This document shows, in pieces, positions 53,030 to 64,000 of a stretch of DNA of 64,000 bases (its first letter is position 1; each line of letters begins with the position of its first letter). Source of the stretch: Octopus vulgaris (Eukaryota); NCBI GenBank assembly GCA_951406725.2, contig OX597828.1, positions 2,914,001 through 2,978,000 on the forward strand, written 5' to 3'. Both the position numbers and the translations under genes were made by a program. The notes under the pieces are model-generated. The model was not told where the DNA came from. It saw only the letters and a list, made by a program, of their open reading frames with translations, and ran no database searches.

Positions 53030-55105
53030 CTTCTTGAACTTGGCTTGATGGGTCCTCTCAAGTACAGTACAATGCCAAAGATCTCGGTCACCAGTCATTG
53101 CCTTTGTGAGGCTCAAAGCCCAAAGATCATGCTTCATCACCTTTTCCCATGTCTTAATGGGTCTACCTCTACCACAGTTAGAGATCACAGCTGTCCTCGT
53201 CCATACATATCACATGACCATACCAGTGCAGTCTCTCTTGCACACCACATCTGATGCCTTTTTTCTCTTAAGATGCTTACATTCTGTCGAACATACACAC
53301 TGACATTGCACATCCAGTGAATCATATCAGCTTCATTTCTTTCAAGTCTATGCATCTCCTCGGCTGTCACAGCCCATGTTTCACTGCCATGCAGCATAGC
53401 TGTCCACACACAAGCATCCAACAATCTGCCTTTCACTCTGAGAGAGAGACCCTTTGTTGCCAGCAGGGGTAGGAGCTCACTGAACTTTGCCCAGCCTAAT
53501 TCTATTCTCACAGCTATGCTTTCAGAGCATCCACCTCCACTACTAATGTGGCCACCTAGGTAAACAAAGCTACCTGCTACCTCTAGCTTGCCCCGCAGGC
53601 AGCTGATGCACATTTTCAGCATTTATTGTACCTGTGCACCCTCCACATTCAAAAGTTAGTTTCCTTGTTAACCTTCCACCGATGTTGTTGCACCTTTTAT
53701 GTGTCCAAAGCTTACATTGGGTGCATCTTATGTATTTTCTACCTACACTTTTTCTACAGATTGAGCAGGGCCATCTACCTGAGGGGATTTGTGATTTGTC
53801 TGCTTTCCTACTTACTAATACTTTGGTTTTTGCAAAGTTAACTCTAAGGCCCTTTGATTCTAGACCTTGCTTCCATACCTAGGACTTCTTGTACCCAGAA
53901 TTCTTTGATGTACCCATTGCCTACCCTCACCTTACCAGTAGCGACCTTGTACAGGGCTTGTATGGTTCTCACCAACCACTTGTCTATCCCTAGTTTCTGC
54001 ATTGACCACTAGATGAGGGATTGGGGGGACCCTGTCAAAAACTTTCTCCATGTCAACAAAAGCCAAGTACAGACGTTTATCTTTGTCTCTGTGTTTCTCC
54101 TGCAGTTGCCTTACCAGAAATATAGCATCAGTGGTGCTTCTACCTGGAACAAAACCAAACTGCATCTCATCTAGACTAACTCTCTCCCTAATTAGTTGGG
54201 CTATTACTCACTCTGTAACTTCCATCACCTGATCCAACAACTTGATACCTCTGTAATTATTTCTAAGGCATCACCTTTACCTTTGTAGCAGTTGATTATG
54301 GTGCTGCTACACCAGTCATTGGGTTTGGCTCCTTCATGAACCACCCGATTTATAATACGAGTGACTAGACCATAACCCATACTGTCAGATATTTTAAGCA
54401 TCTCAGCAGTGATTCTCGATGGGCTGGGGGCTTTCATTGCCTTCATATCCTTAATTGCTTTAACTACCAGGGTACTGTCGATTCAGGTAGCTGGTCCCTC
54501 AACTGTGTCAATATTTGCAGACTTTCTTTCTCCCATGCATTCTCCATGTTCAGCAGTCTTTCATAATGGCACCTCCAAGCCTCTTTCTTTGCAGAATCAT
54601 TAAAAGCAAGTGCACCATGCAGACACATTTCTCTCCTATGATATCTCAATGTTCTCTCACACACTGTCTTGCTATCCAAAATACTTCAATTCTTTGATCC
54701 TCATGATACTGAACATAGGCAAACTTCTTTTCTGCTTCTCCCTTAGCTAGATATACTTGTCTCCTAGCTTCCCTTCTGGCTATCTGATACAGTTCCCTGC
54801 TGCCCCCACTCTTCCAGGCCTGTTTCTTTCCTCTAATGGCCCTGTCGAACAGTATTGTTCAACCACCAGTTACCCTAGGTCTGGAAGTAACTTTGCACCA
54901 GCCACAGATTTGGTCTGTGGCACTCAGCAAGCTGTCTTGCAGGAATTCCCAGTTGCCTTCTATGTTACAAGTTTGTAGCTCCTCCCTCTCATCAAATTTC
55001 TCAATTAGGATGTCCCTAAATCTCTGACCATATGAAGGGTCCTTAAGCTTCCAAATCCTTCTTTTCCAGATTGGTCTGCTTCTTGGCATCCCTCTGGCCT
55101 GGAGT
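53030..55105 (-). pseudogene. RTE-clade LINE ORF relic, internally deleted
   Basis: RIWKLKD, W..HYERLLN.EN, QFGFVPGRSTTDAIF.VRQLQEK, AFVDMEK.FDRVP, FVYLG, MLHGSETW. Confidence 0.9.
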
Positions 55106-55768
55106 ATAAGTTAAAACAATTGAGATGATATTTTTGAATTGGGTAAAATGAGTAAAATCACATCTGAGAAGAGACCATATGATCAATCCAATCTTAGAAT
55201 ATGTACTTCTGATGCTTGTACAACATTTATGTGGATAGGCAGACTTGTTAGAGCACTGGACAAAACAATTTTCAATGCTTCATAACACTTCTAACAATAA
55301 GAGTTCAAATCCCACCCTGGCTAACTTTGTCTTTTGTCTTGTTGGAAGTTGATAAAATAAAGACCTAGTCAAACTAACTGGAGTTAATTTGTATTCCTGG
55401 AAAAGTAGAATGATAGAGTTTATAAAGCTGAAGATTTTCTAAGAACAAGAAAGTTGTGAACTTATGTTCCTCCACAGACACTTAGAGTAAAAAAGTTTCA
55501 AATGGATTAATTCATAAAATTTTATAATTAACCCTTTAGCATTTAAACTGGCCACATCCAGACAAAATAGTCAACCTGTTTTATACTCAAACTGGCCAGA
55601 TCTGGCCTTTCACACCTTCCCTATATTGTCATTCAAAAAATAAACATCCACATCATCAAACTCTTGAAGCTACAAGATAATCCATGATTAATCCAAGACA
55701 ATGTGTTTAAATAAGCATTAGATTTAACTGAATAATCTGAACGCTAAAGGGTGAAAGGAATATTGTAC

Positions 55769-55959
55769 CTTGCTTTGACTCTTCATATTTATCGGCTGAT
55801 TGTTCTCTTCAACTTCTTCAGTATCATCACTGTAATTTTTGTCATCTCCTCCTCCTTCTTCTTCATGAATTGATTTCATCTTATTTTGACAATAGTCATT
55901 ATTTTCAGTATGTTTTATCAAGGAATGACAGCTACTGCTGGTTTTCGGATTCAGAAAGA
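55769..55959 (-). CDS. Candidate internal exon of an unknown host gene (acidic low-complexity segment)
   Basis: gctttttAG acceptor downstream of a (CT)n tract; 191 nt open FLNPKTSSSCH..EEEGGGDD..MKSQSK|GT; phase 1 to phase 0, matching the next exon. Confidence 0.55.
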
Positions 55960-55991
55960 CTAAAAAGCATGCAAAAATTTTACTAACATAC

Positions 55992-56118
<127 letters not shown>

Positions 56119-56824
56119 TTAATGATTCAGAATGAAAGCTACAAATATTTCCCAACATAATACCGATTCCAACTGATATGACTTGAGTGTATTATTTGAG
56201 ATCCTCTTCCAGTTATCCTTTTACACAATGTCATATTACTTGTCCAAAGGTCATTGTTTTATATGCCTCTATCACTAAATTCTGTCTTTGGCAAAACACA
56301 CTGACCTCTCAGTAAAAGTTCACCAAGTCCAATTAAATGTAACTGCATACAATAGGTGGAGTACAAAAAGATCTGCTCATACTAACTATAACAGATACAG
56401 GGTTTCTTCTAAAATTACTGCAATGGGCGGTCTGCTTATTCTTTGAACTAGCAAACCATGAATTACCTCCATGCTTGCTCAACCAATACATCATCCTCTT
56501 CTCATGTTAAATGTGTGGCTCAACTACTAAACTTCACACAAACACTTCTCCCAATCATTCTTCCAAGAAATACAGACTTCTGGAAGGAGTTCCACTGGTA
56601 ACCTGATTATGGTAGGAGGGTATTGGAAGGGTTATAGATACCATTATTCTTCTCCCTTGACTAAATAGTGAATAAAAAACATATGTAGTATTCAGAACTG
56701 ATGAGATTTTAGTAGCTTGTATTGTTGAATTAAAATCTTTTCCAAGAGCTAAATAAATTATAGATCAGTATTCCTATCTATCATGATAAATATACTAGAG
56801 TCATGCTGGAGCAGGAACTAATAA

Positions 56825-57020
56825 TGGCCTCAATTTCAGGGAAGGGGCTAAATCGGTTACATTGACCCTAGTGATCAACTGGTGCCTATTTTATTGACCC
56901 TGAAAAGATGAAAAGCAAAGTCCAACCTTGGTGGAATTTGGACTCAGAACATGCAAACAGGCAAAAGGTTGCTAAACATTTTGCTTGGCTTGCTGACAAT
57001 TCTGCCAGCTTGCTGCCTTA
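56825..57020 (-). mobile_element. SINE family C
   Basis: Family motifs. Confidence 0.7.
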
Positions 57021-57373
57021 AAGAGCAGGAATAATAATAACATAGATTTAAATGAGTAAACAAGTCAAGCATAGAGTATAATTAAAAGCACCCAAGCACA
57101 TTAACAAAGCTGGCAGAAATCATATAGAACAGAGATGAATGGAAGGTTACAGATCTAAAATGATGATGCTCATGTTGGAAAATGTCTTTACAACAATTTA
57201 ACAATGATGTGATGAACCCCTGTGATTCATAAAATAAAACTGTTTAATACTTGACACATGTATAATGTAGATAAATCTAAAGTCCTTAACTGTGAATATG
57301 GCAGACAATGTGGAAGCAACCTAGTGTTCTCTTACGTAAACAGAGAAATAATTGAGAATCCTCTCACACTCAC

Positions 57374-57419
57374 AGATCGGTTTCAAGGATGATTGTCCTC
57401 TCAGCAGAGAAGATGCATC
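57374..57419 (-). CDS. Possible small exon of the same unknown gene
   Basis: taAG|GATGCATCT..CCGATCT|GTGAGT; DASSLLRGQSSLKPI plus 1 nt gives the phase-1 exit needed by exon 55769-55959; weak acceptor. Confidence 0.3.
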
Positions 57420-57544
57420 CTTATTATTTAAGAGGACCATTTATCTAAATCACCACAAATAGCAATAACTTATCAGGATATAGCATTGACAAGTCTTCCT
57501 GATTTGCATTCTAGTTGCTCAAGTAATCAATAAAATTTTATATA

Positions 57545-57965
57545 GGCATAGGAGTGGCTGTGTGATAAGTAGCTTGCTTATGAACCACATGGTTCCAGGT
57601 TCAGTCCCACTGTGTGGCACCTTGGGCAGGTGTCTTCTACTATAGCCTCGGGCTGACCAAAGCCTTGTGAGTAGATTTAGTAGACAGAAATTGAAAGAAG
57701 CCCATCGTGTATATATATATATATGTGTGTGTGTGTGTATATATACAAGTATGTGTGTGTATAAGTTTGTGTGTCTTTGTCCCCACCAACATCACTTGAC
57801 AACTGATGCTGGTGTGTTTATGCCTCCATCACTTAGCGGTTCGGCAAAAGACACCAACAGAATAAGTACTAGGCTTACAAAGAATAAGTCCTGAAGTTGA
57901 TTTGCTTGACTAAAGGCAGTGCTCCAGCATGTCCACAGTCAAATGACTGAAACAAGTAAAGAGTA
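57545..57965 (+). mobile_element. SINE family A
   Basis: Full-length copy. Confidence 0.88.
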
Positions 57966-57994
57966 TATATATAACTGGTATGAGTTTTTATATA

Positions 57995-58497
57995 CCGTAA
58001 ATCCTCGAGTATAATCTGCATTTTTTCCCAAAAATTTAAAGGTCAAAATCCCTAGTCAGTAATATATATGAGGTTAGAAATGAAAAATATTTTCTAAGCA
58101 ATGTCTGAGTCTCTATTTGCTGTCCAGCAATGTTTATTCAGACGCATTTTGTGATGTCTGGCACGAAAATATCTTAAGCTATACCTGAAGGCAATGAAGT
58201 CATAAAAGAATCATTCATAAGTTGCAGTAAGCAACATTTATTAAAATAAAAGTATTCAGAACACAGAATAACATGTAACAAAAACAATTTGCAAACATAT
58301 TTACATTCCCATATAACAGTTAAGAACATCACCATTATTGTATTACGCATGCGCGGAAGTGTTTCTTTGACTAGGTGCTGCTGGTTTAATTACGCATGGC
58401 TCAAGTTAGAGAAGGGGTGTGTATTATACACAAGATTTAGGTTTTTCAGAGGTACAGCCTCCTAAAAATCCCGTGTATTATACTCAAGGATTTACGG
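57995..58497. mobile_element. Tc1/mariner-superfamily (pogo-like) MITE
   Basis: TA|CCGTAAATCCTCGAGTATAA ... TTATACTCAAGGATTTACGG|TA. Confidence 0.88.
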
Positions 58498-59151
58498 TAT
58501 ATATATATATATATATAAAACTGGTATGAGTTAGCTCCCTTCTTACCCTAAGTTAGAGTTACCCTCCCTTCATTTACACTGCCAGTGACTAAAACACACT
58601 ATTGAATAAAACCAATTTAATACACACATGCGAAAAATGTGCTTAGTCAAATACGGAACACCACACCAAAATAATATTCACCCTGCTCTCATTGCCCAAT
58701 GAAACCTCTCCCCAGCGAAATCACCAGCTCAAGAACAAAATTTAATGTAAGACTTACTAACTTTGCCTCTATTACCATCACATATGTATCAATTATTTTC
58801 ACATCCTAACTGATGTATCAATCTATTTTACACAAATAAAATCTGAAGAAATTTATTAAAACTAATAGATCAAAACGATCGTAAATGCTACCTTTATCAT
58901 TGCTTGCTTCCTTCTTTGTTATCTAATTAAATTAAATGTATACCAGCAAAAACGACGAGTCTCCCCTTGTTATTACATCCATTTTCTTCTCGTATATAAC
59001 TTAAACTATGGTCTACCAACCGAACCACCTACTAGTGTACAACTTTACAAAAGACTGTACCTACCCAGGTAATAACCAGGAGCAACTTTGGATTTAATTA
59101 TCCCTTAGAGGTATTAAACTCCTCTAACTGATACCTACATAATATATATAT

Positions 59152-59188
<37 letters not shown>

Positions 59189-59189
59189 C

Positions 59190-59720
59190 ATACACATAAA
59201 TAGGATAAAGTCATTATTTAATGATTTATCAGTGGCCAGCATACTAAAATACCATAATGGTTAATTAATATTAAAATAACAATAAGGGCATTGAATAATT
59301 ACAATGCCAATCTGTTAGAAGTAGACCCCAAATGGTCTAGGAACCACTTAGATTATTACTCCATTACCACAAGACTGTAAGCAAGGAAAACAGACAGCGA
59401 GGATTTATAAAATAATTTGGATAGTACCGTATCTATAGATTTTGCGGTTTGAGTAATTAAAAATCTTTTCCGCTCATCAGTAGCACAGACCAAATGTAAA
59501 TAAATGAGAAATACATATACATACCACATAAGCACAAGTATTATATGTGCATTTTGCATGTATTCATGAATTTAAAATCCAAGCATCTAGTTCAACCAGA
59601 ATAGTTCTGCAGTAAATATGTTATAGGAGTGAACTGATATATATTTTTATACATAATTAGGATAAAGTCATTATTTAATGATTTATCAGTGGCCAGCATA
59701 GTAAAATACCATAATGGTAT
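59190..59720 (-). mobile_element. PLE pseudo-LTR with a partial tandem repeat (about 70-bp direct repeats near 59190 and 59650)
   Basis: TACACATAA.TAGGATAAAGTCATTATTTAATG..CCATAATGGT occurs twice; (TA)n flanks; internal hammerhead remnant. Confidence 0.7.
59424..59486 (-). ncRNA. Decayed type I hammerhead
   Basis: GUGCUA-CUGAUGA-GCGG..CCGC-AAAA (G12A, consistent with CpG decay)-UCUAUAGA-UA-CGGUAC; palindrome AUCUAUAGAU. Confidence 0.6.
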
Positions 59721-59730
59721 TGTAATTTTA

Positions 59731-59767
<37 letters not shown>

Positions 59768-59825
59768 CCGTTATATTTCGGGATGGTCACTTTTTTTTTG
59801 GCCAAATAAACACACACATGCATTA

Positions 59826-61761
59826 TCATATATACTTGAGTAATAATCAATCTTATGTATAAGTCGACACCCCTATTTTTGGCCAAAAATTTTGGAATTT
59901 TCCATAGATTCCATATAAAAGTTGACCCTAGTATTTCATGAACAACAGGACAACATTTGTGGGTCAAGGTACCGTATTATCTTGTTATAACACTGTTACA
60001 AAATTGTGTGGCTACCTTGCTGTAGCCTGCTCTATAGGTGGAATGCTTGGTGCTTATAGTAAAACACTCTTTAATAGTGAGCACTACACATCTAAAATGT
60101 ATGCACAGGTTATGCTGGAACCCTGCATACATCTGCAAGTACAATAAACACATGTAACACATACTTGTTGTTTACATGGTGAGAAACATGTTTCACAGAC
60201 AGCACTATTGGCGAACACTAGCAAATGCCACTGTCTGAATTCATACTTTGGTAAGCCTAAAAACATTCAATTACCATAAAAACCCATGTAATTTATGCAC
60301 TTTTTTTTGCAAATGTAAAGATAAACTATAGGGGTTGCATAAATTACATGAGTAGATCATTTCCAGAATTTGTTTTGAAATTTCTTTTTGTTAGAAAACG
60401 GCATACAAAACATAATCATTCATACCAGAAGTTGACTTATTTACAGAAAAAATAATGGCTTAAATAGCAATAATGAAGTTGACTTTTATTTATGCTGGAT
60501 GGTATAATGCTTACTTTTTTCTGTATAAATTTACTAAAACCACAAAATGGTTAACTACTTTTTGAAGTCTGGTGTTCATACCGGTAAACACGGTCCAGAT
60601 CATATTTTACATTGCTTGGAGTTTCTACCTATCACAATGGAGCACCACCGACATGCGTAGTGTTATGGATATTCCTGACTTAAAAAAATGTAATGATATG
60701 GATAATCTTGATTGTATGTTTTTATTTTTGTCTGTTTATTACTAGGCACAGTTTTAAGTTTGTTGTACTGTTTACTCCAATTTCAAACATCGGCTTCATT
60801 AACACTGAAATGCCTTTCAGCAGCTCTACTGCCACATTCAATTGCATATTCAACATATTTAATTTCTCCTTCACAGTAAACAGTTCATAAGTTCTGCCCA
60901 TACTGACAATAATAGTAATGACAAATTAAATTTGCTTGACATTTTATAAATGTGAAAGGGACTAAAATTTCGATACTCCGTATCAAAGGTTCCAACAAGA
61001 ATAAGCAGAAAAGAATTCTGTTTACATAATCAGCTTGATCAGTCACCTTCCTCTGTTGGTTGAGTAAAGTGTCATCCAAGCTGCTGTTTATTGGTAATTA
61101 TACTTAATTTGCAACACCTGCTTCTTATCAATAGCTTTTCCTGTGATCGTGGTTTGAGAAAACATACAGTAGTATGCTAAAGATCAGACATAATCTCTTG
61201 TGGGCAAGAAATGTAAAATAAAGTTTATTATAAACAACACAAACACTTTGTAATTTAATAGCTTTCAATGTGGTACCTGTTTAAGCAGAAATTATTTTTA
61301 TTTCATGAAAATTTAATAAAATCTAATCAGAAGTAAGTGAAATTATGCTAAATACAACTAAATTGAAAGCTTTTTTCCCCTGGCTATATCAGCAATTCTG
61401 AAAACTTTTAGGTGTGAATCTTGCATAAGTAGAAGCTTTTCCTGAAAATCACCTGCGTAAATTACACAGGTGCACAAATTACATGGGTTTTTACAGTAAT
61501 CAATAGATCAATGGTTTCCATGCAACCTTTATATTTTACTAGGATGTGTTTTGATGCATAGAACTGGTAATATTACTGTAATTCATTGTGATTTTGTTTT
61601 TATTCGCTTAGAGACGAGTTGGGCTTCTGCCACTGATACGGTACTTCGGATTCTAGCTTGAATTTCAGCCCCTCAAAAGTAGTATCCATTTATAGTCAAC
61701 CCCATAAATTTGACATTAAAAAATGGTCTAAAAAATTCGACTTTTACATGAGTATATACGG
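59826..61761. mobile_element. Pogo-like non-autonomous element hosting a nested element
   Basis: Right end TCGACTTTTACATGAGTATATACGG|TA; degenerate left end CATATATACTTGAGTA..TGTATAAGTCGAC. Confidence 0.6.
60274..61496 (-). mobile_element. Nested pogo-like deletion derivative with an N-terminal DNA-binding-domain remnant
   Basis: TIRs TA|CCATAAAAACCCATGTAATTTATGCAC and GTGCACAAATTACATGGGTTTTTACAG|TA; FTVKEKL..VEYAIECGSRAAERHFSVNEADV*NW at about 60890-60770. Confidence 0.75.
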
Positions 61762-61974
61762 TATAAATTCTTCACTTCAGTTTTATTATTGTTCTTATTT
61801 TAGTGTCCTTTGTTTGAAATTTGTTGTCACAAAGATTTGAAATGAAGAATGAATATATAGTGTGCGTTTATTTGACAGAAAAACAATATCTGTTTCAATA
61901 CATAATTTCTCATCAGGAATCTTTCAAAACAAATACATAAACGTAATATATATATATATATACACATACACAAA

Positions 61975-63243
61975 CAGATATGCAGGAAGTAAATAAACAC
62001 CTTTAATTTTCAAACTTTCTGATCTAAGTGTCTTAATATGTTTTCAGTGATGTAGAATTTACAATGTAATTATTCTTTTTCATCCCAAGTGCCATTATAT
62101 TAAACATTGGCAAAGCGTAACCATGCCAAGTACAAAAAATTCAGCAGAACTCTCAGATTTTCAAATTGGTCATATTGTTGGGCAATCTGAGGCTGGTCTT
62201 TGCCAGCAAAAAATTGCTGAAAATCTTCAGAGTCCTCTTGCTATTGTTAATAGAATTATAGTGCAATTCAAAAGCCAAAGAAAAGAATCAACTGATTCTC
62301 ATCCCAGCCAACCTAGGCCCTCGGAAAGCTTTGCTGTTTGAAGAGAATTGTGGAAAACGAACCCCATTCAAAGGCTTCTGACATTGCAAAACAGCTAGAA
62401 GTTAGTCTAAGAATGTGCGTTATATATCTGCATAAGCTTGGGTATTATGGATGAGCAGCTAGAAGCAAACCTCTCCTTCAACCAATTAATATTATGAAAA
62501 GAATGAAATGGATTAAGGAGATGTCAGAAAAATCCAGTTCATTTTGGGATAGAGTGATTTTCTCAGATGAATCCAGATTTGCATTATTTTCAGACAGTGG
62601 ACGTGTTTGGGTCTGGAGGCTTCTCAATCAAGAACTTGATTTGAAACGACTCCAACCAACTATGAAATATGGTGGTATCTCTGTAATGTTATGGCGAACT
62701 GTCACCTGCAATGGTCGCTCTGAGCTGATCGAATGTGTTGGAAAAATAAACTCTGAAAATACATCGAAATACTTAATCAATGATTACTTCCGATGTATTC
62801 ACACGATAATATAACGAAAAATGAGTTTTTATTCATGAAAGATGGGACTCCATGCTACACAGCAAAAAAGGAATTAAAAATGGCTGACTGAAAATGGGAT
62901 GAAAAAGCTTCCTTGGCTGAACCAATCTCCTGACATGAACCCAATCGAAAATCTTTGGAACATACTAGATAGAGCTATATGGAAAACTCGACAGAAACCT
63001 AAATCTAAAGATGAATTGTTTTGATTGTTGCATGAAAAGTGGGCAGAAATTCCACAAGAGACAATCACAAAGCTCATCAGTTCAAAGCCAAAAAGAGTTT
63101 CTGAATTAAAAACTGCAAAGGGAATGTCAACTAAATACTAAAGTATGTAGTCCTACCTATCAATTACATTTCAATTCTTCGCTTTGCGTATTAAATAAAA
63201 TATTTTGAAAATTAAAGGTGTCTATTTACTTCCTGCATGTCTG
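61975..63243 (+). mobile_element. Tc1-family DNA transposon
   Basis: TIRs of about 40 bp, CAGA(T/C)ATGCAGGAAGTAAATA(A/G)ACACCTTTAATTTTCAAA. Confidence 0.92.
62123..63141 (+). pseudogene. Tc1 DD34E transposase, disrupted
   Basis: ELSDFQIGHIVG, VIFSDESRF, FMKDGTPC, QSPDMNPIENLW, KGMSTKY*; frameshifts and stops. Confidence 0.92.
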
Positions 63244-63260
63244 TGTGTGGGTATATATAT

Positions 63261-63392
63261 CTTTCTGTTGAAGAGCGTAGGCTCGAAACATAAAAAGACT
63301 TTTTCTATTCCTGAGCGCTATACTAATACATTTGTTTGTTTGTACTCCACCTGCCTTCGTCTTTTGTTTATTTTCGTAAACTTTCCCTTTAT
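63261..63392 (+). mobile_element. PLE pseudo-LTR end beginning at a variant hammerhead (63261-63297)
   Basis: CTTT-CTGTTGA-A-GAGC-GTAG-GCTC-GAAAC-ATA-AAAAG; between TA runs. Confidence 0.65.
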
Positions 63393-63734
63393 ATATATAT
63401 ACATATAGGTGTGTCTGTGTGTGTGGGGGGGAGAGGTAAGGGTATACCACAATCCAGTTGTCAACCCTATCCTGTTTATCATAACCTTCAAAACAATAAC
63501 AAATGAATTAAAGCCCAGCTTCTACAGGGAACTTCTGTATACTTATGGCTTAGCTGTTTACAAACAAAATCTATAGAGAAACTGAAGCAGAAATTTCAGT
63601 AAGTTGGGAGGAAGAGAGAATGCTTATAGTATCTAGGATATGGTTGTGCTTCATTTATACGAAAGAAGTCAGTAGAAATTGTATAGGGTGAACCCAGTGT
63701 AATAGGAGGCATGGTGAGATCATAGGCAAGCTAT

Positions 63735-64000
63735 CAAAGAAGGCAGACATTGAATGCAGCAGTTGCACGAAGGTAATAAGCACTATGAGCACTCAGGTAA
63801 TAGATTCCTACAAATGTCCAGATGGTTCTCTCGAAGCACTTGATAGATAACGAGGTAACGCAATTAGCAATGGAGGGGTAGTGTTGCAAAAATGTGGTAA
63901 CCAGAATCAGAACAGGTTGGACAAAATCTTGGAATCTGATATCTCTACTAGCAACAAAAGGTTTCTTACTCAAAGTCAAGAGTAGATTGCATGATGCTTA
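63735..64000 (+). mobile_element. RTE LINE fragment running off the window
   Basis: DSYKCPDGSLE..ISNGG..RIRTGW..LLATKGF; homologous to the other RTE relics. Confidence 0.7.

Overview
AT-rich, microsatellite-dense eukaryotic DNA made almost entirely of transposable-element relics. The SINE families and (TA)n/(CA)n load suggest an octopus or other coleoid cephalopod genome; this is an inference from repeat style, not a database result. No intact recognisable cellular gene is present, only a phase-compatible chain of short minus-strand exons of unknown product (about 42.5-59 kb). Elements include several Penelope-like element (PLE) fragments (RT and C-terminal GIY-YIG, mostly Hydra-clade-like), at least five SINE families, CR1-like and RTE LINE relics, a decayed Gypsy, a hAT relic, a near-complete mariner, a Tc1, nested pogo-type elements and two non-autonomous Helitrons. 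The main hidden signal is RNA structure. About eleven type I hammerhead ribozyme (HHR) motifs from several unrelated families can be folded by eye, many with long stem II insertions and palindromic stem III loops. Most sit in elements inserted into (TA)n tracts, often with fold-back inverted duplications. One element joins a tRNA-derived Pol III head to an HHR-bearing PLE-type tail. Most ORF-track entries ([12 protein letters not shown]) are microsatellite artefacts. Boundaries of decayed elements are approximate.
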